Positions 41,401 through 53,546 of a stretch of 64,000 nt of DNA are shown here, one piece after another; the first letter of the stretch is position 1, and the number at the start of each line of letters is the position of its first letter. The notes under the pieces are model-generated. The model made no database searches. It saw only the letters and a list, made by a program, of their open reading frames with translations, and was not told where the DNA came from. Made by a program: the position numbers and the translations under genes. This stretch comes from Octopus sinensis (lineage: Eukaryota), in contig NC_042998.1 of the NCBI RefSeq assembly GCF_006345805.1, positions 16,492,001-16,556,000 of the forward strand, in the 5' to 3' direction.

Positions 41401-41826
41401 AGCACACATTCCAACGAGGTCGACTTTGTGTTTCATCACATACTGACTAGATTAAATAATTATCAGTTGGTGACTGGGGTCGATCTAATCGACTTAACCT
41501 GCCCCCAAAATGTCTGGCTTCGTGCAACAATTTGAAAACAATACAATGAAATACGTGAGTAACATTAATAACAGGTGATGTGATTATTGCTGAAATAGAA
41601 AATATAGATTTATCTTCCGTTCTAGTTTGCAATATACAGAAAATTGCGCCGAATATAGTTATGAGTACTAAATTTTAGTTCGGCATCAACGCACACACAG
41701 ACGCACTCTTTTTCTCTCTCTATCCCTCAGCCTCCTTCCTTCTATCGCCCTCTCTCCCTCTCTATCACACACACACACATACACGCACAAATATACACAC
41801 ATGCATCCACATACTCATACACACAT

Positions 41827-41888
<62 letters not shown>

Positions 41889-42274
41889 TCACATATGCTC
41901 GACGCGTAATAGGATATATCGGCGTTGCTACGCCATTAGTGGCTTACAAACACACATACACACACACTCATACACAGCCATACGTTATTTTTCACTCCCA
42001 CACATCATCTCTCTCTCTCTCTTTTTCTTTCTGTACACATCTGTATATATGTATATGCGTGAGCTCTTGCTTGTGTATGTATAGATAATTCATAGAAGAA
42101 AAAGGACCTTGAAATCAAATATGAGGTTAAAGAATTAAGGTTAAGAAAATGCGTGTTAAACACTGTATCGAAACCTTTAATTTAAGGGTAAGTGCCTACG
42201 AGTATGATTATTCTTTTCTACTCTAAGCACAAGGCTGGTGAGGGTGCCTGTCGATTAGAGTACTTAATTCATCG

Positions 42275-42508
42275 ATCCAGAAAGGAAGAATGGCAAAGTC
42301 GACCTCGGCGGAATTTGAACTCAGAAGGTAAATACAGCGGAAATACCTATTTATTTACTACCCACAAGGGGCTAAACACACAGGGGACGAACAAGGACAG
42401 ACAAATGGGTTAAATCGATTAATTCGACCTAAGTGCGTAACTGGTACTGATTTAATCGACCCCGAAAGGATGAAAGGCAAAGTCAACCTCGGCGGAATTT
42501 GAACTCAG

Positions 42509-42510
<2 letters not shown>
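42275..42510 (-). mobile_element. Two overlapping SINE family C fragments
   Basis: GGCAAAGTC.ACCTCGGCGGAATTTGAACTCAGAA occurs twice (about 42292-42325 and 42476-42510). Confidence 0.8.
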
Positions 42511-42569
<59 letters not shown>

Positions 42570-42572
<3 letters not shown>

Positions 42573-42731
42573 GCTCAGCGTGGCAGTGTGGTCGGAATAT
42601 TGCTTCCCGAACACACAGTTCCAGGTTTAGTTCCATTGTATGGCAGCTTGGGCAAGTGTCTTCTGTTATAGCTTCTGGACAACCAAAGCCTTGTGAGCGG
42701 ATTTGATAGACAAAAATCGAAAGAAACCGTC

Positions 42732-42773
<42 letters not shown>

Positions 42774-42950
42774 GAGTGTCTGTGCGTATCCACCGACCAT
42801 CACTTCTCAATCAATGTTGTTGTGTTTAGGTCCCCGTATAATAGCAGTTCGGCAAAAGTGATTGATAGAGTAAGCTCTGAGTTCGATTTTTTTGACTAAA
42901 GGCGGTGTTCCAGCATAGCCGCAGTCAGATAACTGAAACACATAAGTTCC
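42570..42950 (+). mobile_element. SINE family A copy with internal (TA)n
   Basis: A-box TGGCAGTGTGG, CTTGGGCAAGTGTCTTC and tail GGCGGTGTTCCAGCATAGCCGCAGTC. Confidence 0.8.
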
Positions 42951-43260
42951 TGATGAACGTACACACACGCACACACACATATAAATTATATATATAGAGA
43001 GAGAGATGGCCAAAAGTCAATTGTCAGTAAAACAAAGCCATTTAATTTCAAGACTTATTTATGTTTAACAACTGAGTGAATTTAATAAAAGCATCTAAAT
43101 ATGAAACATCAAAACAATTGTTCAAACCGAATACCTTCTTGAGTGACACATTTTTCTATTCGAGTCAATACAGAATTACAGATAGTATTTAAATAATTTT
43201 GATTTACTGTCGGCTGACGTTTGGCCTACTCTGCATGCATATATATATATATATATGCAC

Positions 43261-43403
43261 TTTATTTATAAGTAGCAGAAATATAACAAAAGCTGTTGCT
43301 TAGAGTTTCGCGCTCTCGTTCGTCGGAGAGTCTTGTTTTAAACGTGAAACTCGGAGTAACAGCTTTTGTTCTACTTGTTATATTTCTGGTGCTTTTAAAT
43401 AAA
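43261..43403. mobile_element. Inverted pair of hammerhead-like remnants (CCGACGA core family)
   Basis: About 55-bp arms (43261-43312 vs 43342-43403). Minus strand reads CCGACGA-ACGAGAGCGC-GAAACUCUAAGCA and plus strand reads ACGU-GAAACUCGGAGUA-ACAGC. Confidence 0.5.
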
Positions 43404-43475
43404 CTATATTACTCTACTCTGGTATTTGAGTACTCTTTTTTCCACCTTGTTTCAATTTTATGTGCTTACTCTGGT

Positions 43476-43563
<88 letters not shown>

Positions 43564-43566
<3 letters not shown>

Positions 43567-43745
43567 GGGAGAATTCAAAACAAAAACACAAGACGAAGAC
43601 AAGTAGTGTAGACAACAAACATATGTATTAGTATAACGCTCGGGAAGTAAGAAAGTTTTTAACATTTCGAGCCTACACTCTTCCACAGAAAAGAACACAG
43701 AAAGAAACAAGGTGACAATAAAGAATGTGTAGTGGCTAGCGATCT
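43564..43745 (-). mobile_element. (TA)n-adjacent element with hammerhead-like motif (CUGUGGA core family), copy 2
   Basis: Minus strand at 43657-43692 reads UUUU-CUGUGGAA-GAGU GUAG GCUC-GAAAUGU-U-AAAA; homologous to 31370-31500. Confidence 0.6.
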
Positions 43746-45552
43746 ATCATGGTGAATATATAAATCTTCCCGGTTTGAAACCAGTTCTGTCGCGAGAATA
43801 CCTGTTTTTGTCAGCTGAATAAACTGAAGCAACATTTTGCTCAAGAGTACAAAGCGTCAACGTATCCAGGAGTCTAAACCACAATGTCACTCCCGCGAGT
43901 CCGACACCCGAGCTAGTAATTCATTTACCTCTGTACAAACACACAAATCTATATATCTATGTGTGTGGGTGGATGGGTTGAGAGTTTATGTGTCTGTGTC
44001 TGTGAAATTATAGTTGTGTATTGGTTTCACATGTTTTATACTGCTTTCACACTGTGGCACGAGGCCATCAATTTTCGGGGAGGCGATAAATCAGTCACAT
44101 TAACGCGAGTTTTCAACTTGCCCTTGTTTTCATCGACCACGAAAGGAAGAATGGCAAAGTGTGCCCCGGCGAAATTTGAACACACATTCTTCGGAAGTAA
44201 TTATTCTGCCAGCTCACCGCCTAGATAAAATTGAATATTACAATTTCTAACCAACTTAGATAATTTTTTTTTCTATTATGGATTGCTATAGCACTGACAC
44301 ACTACGTATAACGTTGTAAAGCGATAGTCCACTAACCATTCATCTATGAACATAGCAGCCTTGTATCGACGCACATGAATATTTTTTAATATATTTTCTG
44401 AAAATTAGCTTAGTCGTTTGAAAGGACATTTAATTCGACCTCTATTTCTTTATTATTTTTTTTCAAATTGATTTGCTGCGTTGGTGTTTTAATTTATTAC
44501 CATTTTCGTTTTTGTTTTTGTCGTGTAAATGATGTTTCACTAACTATATTATTACTCAGTTGAGCATTGACTAAATGATGTGTATATTTTTTCTTTGATA
44601 TCTCTATTGTGTGATTACATTTAGAAATGTTGCATTATGTTACATGTGGCATTGATGGAACCGAATGTGGTGTTTGTCCATGCTATCATTGAATTGTTGC
44701 TGTGTGTAGCATATATCCATTTGTGTTTAATGTTTTCTATAGTGTTGTCAGTTCGATTAATAAGGTATTTGTAAAGCAACTTCCATTTACGAGACAAAGC
44801 TTTGGGAATTGGGCAGAATGTTATTTGTTACCTGGTGTTATGACGTAAATGCAGCGTATGCTATGCAGCATGCTTAGTGCATAGAGAGCAATTTCTACGC
44901 TCCAGTTTATCTATTTCCCTTTCATGCACTACCAGCTAATTCCAGTTGTAGTCAATGGAGTGTGCAATGGCTCCATAGTCTATGCTCGATATTGGCAAGT
45001 ATAGACAGCCGAGTTTATTAGAGTAAAAGTAAAGTTATTCGTCGGTTACAATAATGAGTGTTCATATTATTTGATTAACTGATCTTTATCTTTGCTGATG
45101 GTAGTGAATATGGTTGATTATACTGCATTCACCGATACGTTTAAAATACACGAAGCTCAGTCGACATGGAAAAGCGTATGGTATGTCTGGCGCTTTAAGA
45201 ATTCGTTGGATTTTCGCGATATCCATCTGCCTGCCTTCACAAATATTGTCTGCTTCCACCCAGGTGTATAGCAAAGGCACCTATGCAAAATGCTGCACAA
45301 TGGGCTCGAATCTGACAAGTAATAATTGTGAAATGAACCCTTTCTCTCAGCTCAGCTTCAGTCATTTAGTGGAAAAGACACGACACATTAGCTGCCGAAG
45401 TTAAGTGCATTATTGTTGATTTAATATGATAAAGAAGATCATTTAGTGTAAGACATTGTCACCTCTCATCTAACACGTCATCAATACTAACACGTTCTAT
45501 TATCTCTGTATCTATGGATAATTCCCTGTATGTATGTATATATATGTATGTG

Positions 45553-45591
<39 letters not shown>

Positions 45592-46291
45592 TGTGTGTGT
45601 GTGTGTATGTGCATATACATAGATAGATAGATAGACAGATAGATATGTGGATGTATAGACAGATACATACATATGTGTGTGTGTATATTCATCTGTGCAT
45701 GTACCTCGAGGTGGATGCGCACGTATGTGGGTAGCATATACTGGTGATTATGTACAACTATTAAGTATTTAACAGTCATTCATTGCTAAATTTAAGACTT
45801 AAATATTGCTACCCGTTATATTTTCTTTTTCGAAAGGCATATGACATTGTCAGTCATGTCTAATATGTACACCATGATTAGCTCACAAATTCGTGCAACT
45901 AATAAGTATACACATACATTTATTAGACAAAATACCCCTGTATATAATTTTTTCAATCTCAAATGAACAACGCAACGCCTTTACATCAAATAAAAACACC
46001 GAGACATTTTGTTGTTCTTTATTTACTTTTTTAATTGTTGCAAAAGAAGTTCAGCGAGGTAATGCTGAAAATACCCTGGCTTTGGGTACAAGCAAATGCA
46101 GAAGGATATGTTAATTACAATTTTGTACGGCACAACCCCCAATCAAATTCACACACTTATTTCAGCGGTCCTTCAGTTTTTCTATGTCCTATAAATGTAT
46201 TCGGATGCTTGAGCCGCAAACTCGGCCCTTCGCGATACCATTAAAAACAGAAACATTCCAGTACCACAACCACCCCCCCCCCCACTAATAT

Positions 46292-47875
46292 TGTACCTAT
46301 TTGTCGTATAAAACATTTACTTTTCAAATTTACTGCTGGCCCCATTTCTAAAATAAATGAGTATAACATTAATGGCCACTTGGGTAAATATATCAGAAAT
46401 ACTTGGAAATTGATAAATGTAATATTCGGGCGATGCATACATTTTCCCTTTTGACAGAGATTCTGATCCATTCTGCTTTCATGGTTCTAGTGGCGGTTGG
46501 AATCCTTGTAACAAAAACACCTGTGTTTCGGTTGAAGGTGATTAACTGGTCGATCAATGAGTATCAATCACGTACATCTCTCAAAACACAAACAAAAGAT
46601 TATTATTGGTGTTAATTTGGCAAACCTTTAAACTTATCTACTTGTCAATTCATGATTTCCAAAGAAAGGTATATTCGAATATGAACCTTGTTGGATTTAC
46701 GTACCATTTGTCGTATAAAACATTTACTTTTCAAATTTACTGCTGAATCCCCATTTCTAAAATAAATGAGTATAACATTAATGCCACTTGGGTAAATTAT
46801 ATCAGAAATACTTGGAAATTGATAAATGTAATATTCGGGCGAATGCATACATTTTCCCCTTTTGACAGAGATTCTGATCCATTCTGCTTTCATGGTTCTA
46901 GTGGCGGTTGGAATCCTTGTAACAAAAACACCTGTGTTTCGGTTGCAGGTGATTAACTGGTCGATCAATGAGTATCAATCACGTACATCTCAAAACACAA
47001 ACAAATAGATTATATTGGTGTTAATTTGCAAACCTTTAAACTTATCTACTTGTCAATTCATGATTTCAGAAGAAAGGTATATTCGAATATGAACCTTGTA
47101 TGGATTTACGGTGCTAATAGGAGTGCCTGTCTTGTTGCAACCATTTGTGCAAAGGCTCCAATGTAAGTATAGTTACCTCTATTCGTACAAAGTGGAGGCA
47201 CATGGCCTAGTGGTTAGCGGTTTCGAATCTCAGAGCGGGCGATGTGTGTGATTATAAGCGAAACTCCTAAGCTCCACGCGGTTCCGGCAAACGTTAATGG
47301 TGAACTGCTGCTCACTCTTTCACAACAACTCATCCTAAATTCTAATAATTTAAAAGATACAATCCCAAATATAACCTCCTTTGACTTCGGCTTATCCTGT
47401 TATCTAAAGTATATAGCTTTGATATATTGCTTGATTGCCTACATTTCATATTTTAGATAATCTATACATTCAATATCGCACTTAATACGTGTATAATCTG
47501 TGATTTTACGAGTTTCCCTTTCTCGCTAAGAGTTTAAAATTTAGCATGAGGCCAGATTATATTGGTGTTAATTTGCAAACCTTTAAACTTATCTACTTGT
47601 CAATTCATGATTTCAGAAGAAAGGTATATTCGAATATGAACCTTGTATGGATTTACGGTGCTAATAGGAGTGCCTGTCTTGTTTGCAACCATTTGTGCAA
47701 AGGCTCCATGTAATATAGTTACCTCTATTCGTACAAAGTGGAGGCACATGGCCTAGTGGTTAGCGGTTTCGAATCTCAGAGCGGGCGATGTGTGTGATTA
47801 TAAGCGAAACTCCTAAGCTCCACGCGGTTCCGGCAAAAGTTAATGGTGAACTGCTGCTCACTCTTTCACAACAAC
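46292..47875. repeat. Overlapping tandem duplications (46292-46705 vs 46706-47112; 47007-47330 vs 47553-47875)
   Basis: Copies are near-identical and differ mostly by 1-2 nt indels. Confidence 0.95.
47192..47330 (+). mobile_element. SINE family B 5' part (inside the duplication)
   Basis: GTGGAGGCACATGGCCTAGTGGTTAGCGGTTTCGAATC head; homologous to 16551. Confidence 0.75.
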
Positions 47876-48005
47876 TTTCTCTCACTCTTTCCTCCTGCAT
47901 CTTGCAGCTTACCTGCGACGGACCGGCGTCCCCAAGGTGGGGAACCTATACGTCAAGGAAACCAGGAAACCGGCCCTTATGAGCCAGGCATGGTTCGAGA
48001 AGGAA
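47738..48005 (+). mobile_element. SINE family B-related copy
   Basis: Same head as 47192, with a longer body and tail. Confidence 0.75.
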
Positions 48006-51000
48006 CAACATTTGTACAAAACTTTGAAGCATTTAATTGTATGTGATGTGCTTCTTCACAAGCTCAGTTTTTACTATTGAAACTTGACATGTTGGTTACA
48101 TCATGTACATATTTGACAATATTTATCCGAAACCATAATTGCTTTCAAATTCATTCAAATATGCCAAAAAGAAATACACGTATAGGTGTACACCTTATTC
48201 CATCCTAGTGTTTAACAATGACTAATAGATAAATATACTTATAGATCTGTGTATGCGTGTGTGTGTGTGTGCGTGAGTGCGTTTGTGTACGCATACGTAA
48301 GTGGATATATATATGTGTGTACGTATGCTTGTATATTTAGATAAGTACTAATCTTCATTTTGCAAATATTCGTATTTGATTAAATAAATATGAAATCGTT
48401 GAAGACATTCAACTACAGATATCCAACAACAAATACGCACAAACAAAATTACAATGTGGCATTTAACCAACACCGATTTAAACACTCGATCTGTCCCTCT
48501 GTTTACCTATTTATCTAATCAACGTTATGTTTATAAATTTAATGTGTGTTATAAATTTAATATAATATCAGATATTAATCTTGATTTATGTCGATTGATT
48601 TCTCCAGTCACATTTTACATCGTATAGAAAGAGGGTATAGAAGCAGTGAAAATTTGATACAGAGGGAAAACTAGCATGCGAGGTGCAGCCTGAGTAGACG
48701 TGCTTCGCATGATGGCATGCAATGAGTAAAAGAAAAAACGCTAAACGAAGATACCCGGAGGGAGACACATATCATAGACAGAGAGGAGGAGACCAAAGAG
48801 CAAAGAGAGGCGGACAAAAGTGTAGCGGTACAGAACAGTAAAATGTATAAATTATAGTAGAAATAAGTGCTACAAAATATTGAGAAAGTAAACGAATGAA
48901 GCGGCTTGATAATCTTCGGGGAGAAGATTATTGGCAGAAAAGAGAGAGAGAGAGAAAGTAGGTAATAGGTTGACAGTGAGAAAGATCAGAAGAGGCTTTC
49001 AAATCGAAACGTTTTATAGAAGAAAGTATATATCTTATTTGAAAATATATTAGCAAAACAATGAGAACGGTCTGATTATGACAAAAATCATTAACTGATA
49101 GATTGAGCTTAGGCATCACTCACAAACGTGTATATGATAATATATTGTACTATACCTTTCCCCAATTTTTAAAATCGTTTGTAGGTTTTTTAATCGTCGT
49201 AAGAAAAATACACAAACTTGCAGCACTCCCATACTTGAATCAAGTAAAGAATCGTTGATTTAACCATTAATGAATGAGAGGGCTTGCTATCCATCAGCTC
49301 CATATGTACAACTGAAAATCGCACACAAACACACACACACTCTCTCTCTCTCTCTATTTCTCTCTCTACTTCACTCTCCCTACTTACTCGTAGTTTATTA
49401 ATTAGTTAGCTAGTTAATGAATTAGTGGAAAATTAGTTTATTTGCCTGTTTCGTTTGTAATATCGTTGAATAAAAAAATGAACCAGTGAAACACTAAAGC
49501 TGGGGTTCCGAATGTATCTATAAAACCCTCTTCTGTAAGTTGATACTTATTTAGTTAGTGAATTAAAAGCATTTATACATAAATTCTATATACATTCAGG
49601 AATTACTGATGTAGCCAGGGAGCAGCTTTTGATCAAACCTAATTCATGATGCATATCAACTTTATGATTGCATTAAAAATAAAACCTTATACAAACTAAT
49701 TACAGTTCTAAGCAGATCTTTTACCGATATGTTCATAGTTTGCTAGATGTTACAAGTATTTGACCTGGAAGGTATCATCAGAAGAATCGTTGAGATAGAA
49801 ATATATTCATATATAGACTTGTGCATCTTTTCGGAGCAACTTGAAAAGAACCTGTAGCAGTTAAATTAAAATACATAAATCTCGTATACTATGTAGTATC
49901 AAATTTGATATTTCACTATTGTTTTCATGCTTCTTTAGTTTATCAACTAAACTAGTAACTATAATCATTTCAGATGCATGATGATTATTTAGTATTCTTA
50001 TATTAATGATTATATTGTCCAATTTACTTGCCCTATTTTAATTTTGAATGTTTCAATTCCATTTTAGAATTCTTTCTAGTTTTTTTACACACTAGACACA
50101 GGATTGCTTTTTTTTTCTCAATATTCCGTAATTGAGTGTTATACAGTGAGTATGCATTCGGAGAGATATGATCTGCAAATCGCTGTACTAAAAGATAAAA
50201 TCATTTTGAAGCCAATTTTATTATAAAAACTACTTTGGATGATGTGGCAATCATTGTTGATACATCCTAAAATACTTACATGAAACATTCCTCGCTAGAA
50301 GACATTTCTAGAATTTTCATGGCAATACATTAACAAGCATTCCTTTTTCACAGTTGATTCAAGCAATGAAAACATGTATAAATCGAAGCATACGCGAATC
50401 AATGAATATTTGGGGCAGCAATGAATCTAATTTCAGAGAGCATCGTTGTCAAACAGAAAAAATAAATTACAGAATATGCATCCATAATTTTATAGAATAA
50501 AACGATTCACACGATAAATTTAACTCGCGTATGTCACTGCAAAAAACTAGAAAACAATATTGATATTTCAAAAATCTAAATAGACTGTCGATTCCAATTT
50601 CTGCAAAAACAAATCATGCGACCATTAAATGATTTAATCTTCTATAAATTGAATGTAGAAATGAATAGCAAATAATGAAATTGTGTGCGCACGAATGTTG
50701 TGTATATAACTAAAACTAAATATATGTATATAACCAGATTACACAGGTATTAAAACACTCATTAATTAATGCCTGTAAATACACGTATGTGTGATGTTAT
50801 TGTATTTATTACGCATTTAAGGAAGTGTTCAAGTATCAGTATGCATCTACATGCATAGAATCCTGAATGCCTTTTATAACATATTCAAATGTATATAAAC
50901 CTGAATGATTTTTTATACCATATTTAGATGCAACAAACTTGCCTTTAGTTAGTATGCTTTAATTTGAATGGTAATAAAAGTACGTAAACATATATATATA

Positions 51001-51059
51001 TATGGGTTTATTAACTGAGTATATGAATGGACTGGGAATAAGTAATATTGCAAAAAAAA

Positions 51060-52300
51060 ATGTAAGAGTTGCCTCCACCCCACCCATATCTAACTTATCA
51101 TCTTCCTCCACGCTTCTGTCTGCTGTTATCATTCCTCCTGATCTTCCCCTAACTAAGGCGGAGCACTCTCCTCTCGTTAAGGGTCTGCGTTTCATCACCC
51201 ACACTCTATCAGTAACGAGTTTCAGACCCGTGCTGCCATTCATAGTTTTGTGCGCCGCTTCAGGCTACATGAATTTTTCCACTTTCATCTAAATTAGAGG
51301 ATTTCTTCACCGACCTGGGGCGCCGACCATCCCACTGGACGCCAGGTTTGTCCAGTTCTAAGCTGTTGATCATTTTGCAAGCATCTGCCAACATTTTGCG
51401 GACGGGTTCGAATTTCGCAGTCATCCCCATGATGTTTCCGACGCCGCAAAGATATTATCATAAAAGCGACCGACAAAGGTGGAGCTGTAGTTGTGTAGCG
51501 CGCAGGCCTTTTTCAAGGCAGAAGCTCTCCGCTAAATTCAGGACACCTCCTATTACCCTCTGCATTTCAATCTCACGCCTAACTGCCAAGAGACTGTGTC
51601 CTCCACTATTCATCACCTCCTTTCCTCGTCCCCTCACCCTGCCGCCGCCTCCAACCTCTTTGTCCGCACCCCAAAGTCCCCACCATTTACTTCCTTCCCA
51701 AAATTCACAATCCCAACAACCCTGGCCGCCCCATTGTCTCCGTTTGCAACCGTCTTGCGGAAATGATCTCCAAATACCTCAACCATGTCCTTGCTCCCAC
51801 TAGTGACTTCCCTCCCCTCCAATAACCACGACACTAATCATGTTCTCCGTCTCTTTAACTCTTTCTCCTTCCCTTCTGGCTCCTCTAAATCCCTGTTCAC
51901 TCTTGATATCATTAATTTATATACAGTGATACCACACAACGAAGACTTCTTTCTCTGAAACACTTTCTGGACTTTAGACCTGCTTCCCAACCTGACACCT
52001 TCACACATTTTCGTCTGGCGGAATTTGTTCTGTCCTTCGACGGCTTCTCGTCTGCCGGGGACTTTTACCAACAAACTTCGGAAGTAGCCACGGGAACGAG
52101 AATGGGCCCCAAATACACGAACCTGTTCGTTGGCTACGCTGAGACCCAAATATTCTCACAGTTTACTTGTCTCATTCCCGAACTATATGGTCGTTATATC
52201 GGCGTCTGTATTGGCGCAACCTCACTAACCCGCGAATAACTCGACTCCTTCGTCTCTTTTATCTAATCCTTCCATCTTGCTCTCGAACTCTCCTACGCTA
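51060..52300 (+). mobile_element. Penelope-like element reverse transcriptase relic (frameshifts and stops)
   Basis: LTKAEHSPLVKGLRF, DIIIKATDKGGAVVV, IYFLPKIHNPNNPGRPIVS, LFTLDIINLYTVIPH, VATGTRMGPKYTNLFVGY and YGRYIGV (decayed RYIDD) are diagnostic PLE RT motifs. Confidence 0.9.
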
Positions 52301-52419
52301 GATAGTCCTACCAGCTAGGACTACCAATCTGTGTTAAGTAAATCACACCCATTTGACAGAATCACGTGTTAGAATAATTGTTGCGTATGTTCTACAAACC
52401 GACATATTAACTGCAAAAA

Positions 52420-52720
52420 CAAAAACCTATGTATACCAGATGCAGTACCAAGACGGGACTTGCGTGAGTATTCCAGAGTCATATATTGGTGCAACTTCTA
52501 GGAACATCAATGATAGCTTCAAAGAACACCTGGACAACGACACTGAATTAAACCAAACTATCGTCTATCCTCATGCTGTAGACTGCCTCAATGGCTCTTT
52601 AAAGAGACTTAAGTTGGACATCTTATCTACACATCCACTGATGCAAGGCTGAGACAAGTCACTGAAGCTGTCTGTATACAGGAATACAAACCCATCATCA
52701 CCCTTAAATCCGAATGGGGT
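52420..52720 (+). mobile_element. GIY-YIG endonuclease fragment of a Penelope-like element
   Basis: YVYQMQYQDGTC...SYIGATSRNINDSFKEH...RQVTEAVCIQEYKP matches VY..YIG.T.R....R..EH...E...I. Confidence 0.7.
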
Positions 52721-53038
52721 AACACCTAGATTCCACTCGGCAGTACCCATCTATGGTTACCCCTTTCTTTCTTTGACATGTAGAAAATCATACATACATG
52801 TTAAGATGCATTATACTGAAATATATATATGTAGTTATATGTAATCGTATGAGTGTACATAGATTAATATGAATGTACTTATGTTACATACATATAAGAG
52901 GGATGGTGTAGATGCATATGCAGTTTAGGGTGTATGTGTATATGTGTGTGTACGTGGGGGTGCGTGTTGTGTAAATATATGTGTGTGTATGGGTGTGTAC
53001 ATTCAGACATGTATCAGTATGTGTGTAGATATATGTGC

Positions 53039-53086
<48 letters not shown>

Positions 53087-53546
53087 CACAAAACATTTAT
53101 GGTGAATGTATGTGATTACACGATATTTTATTTTGCAGTATGCTGGAGGCATATTTCGAGAACTCTTAATTCAATTTTAGTTTGAAAGCCTGAAAGCATC
53201 AATACGGATGACATGAATAAACGCATATGGAATATGATCAGAGGAATTGAAATGCCGATACAGCTCGCCTATTCCAATAGTTCACTTTCAAGTATAGAGT
53301 ATTCCATTGGGATCTTGAAAATATGCTTTAGTTACTTTTCAGGAAATCCTTTGTGAATGCTTGTCTGTGGTTGATAAGGGTCTCATCACCTGTATGAGCA
53401 TACTAAAGATGGGACGAAATAATCTTCGATGATGCAACGTTTTGTGGACTGTTTCAAATCTATGACTGACCAAATTGTCAAGAAGTTCTCTAGTACTTCA
53501 AACGAAACTGATGTCTGCAAAGCCTATAAGCTTATTTCGCAACTTA

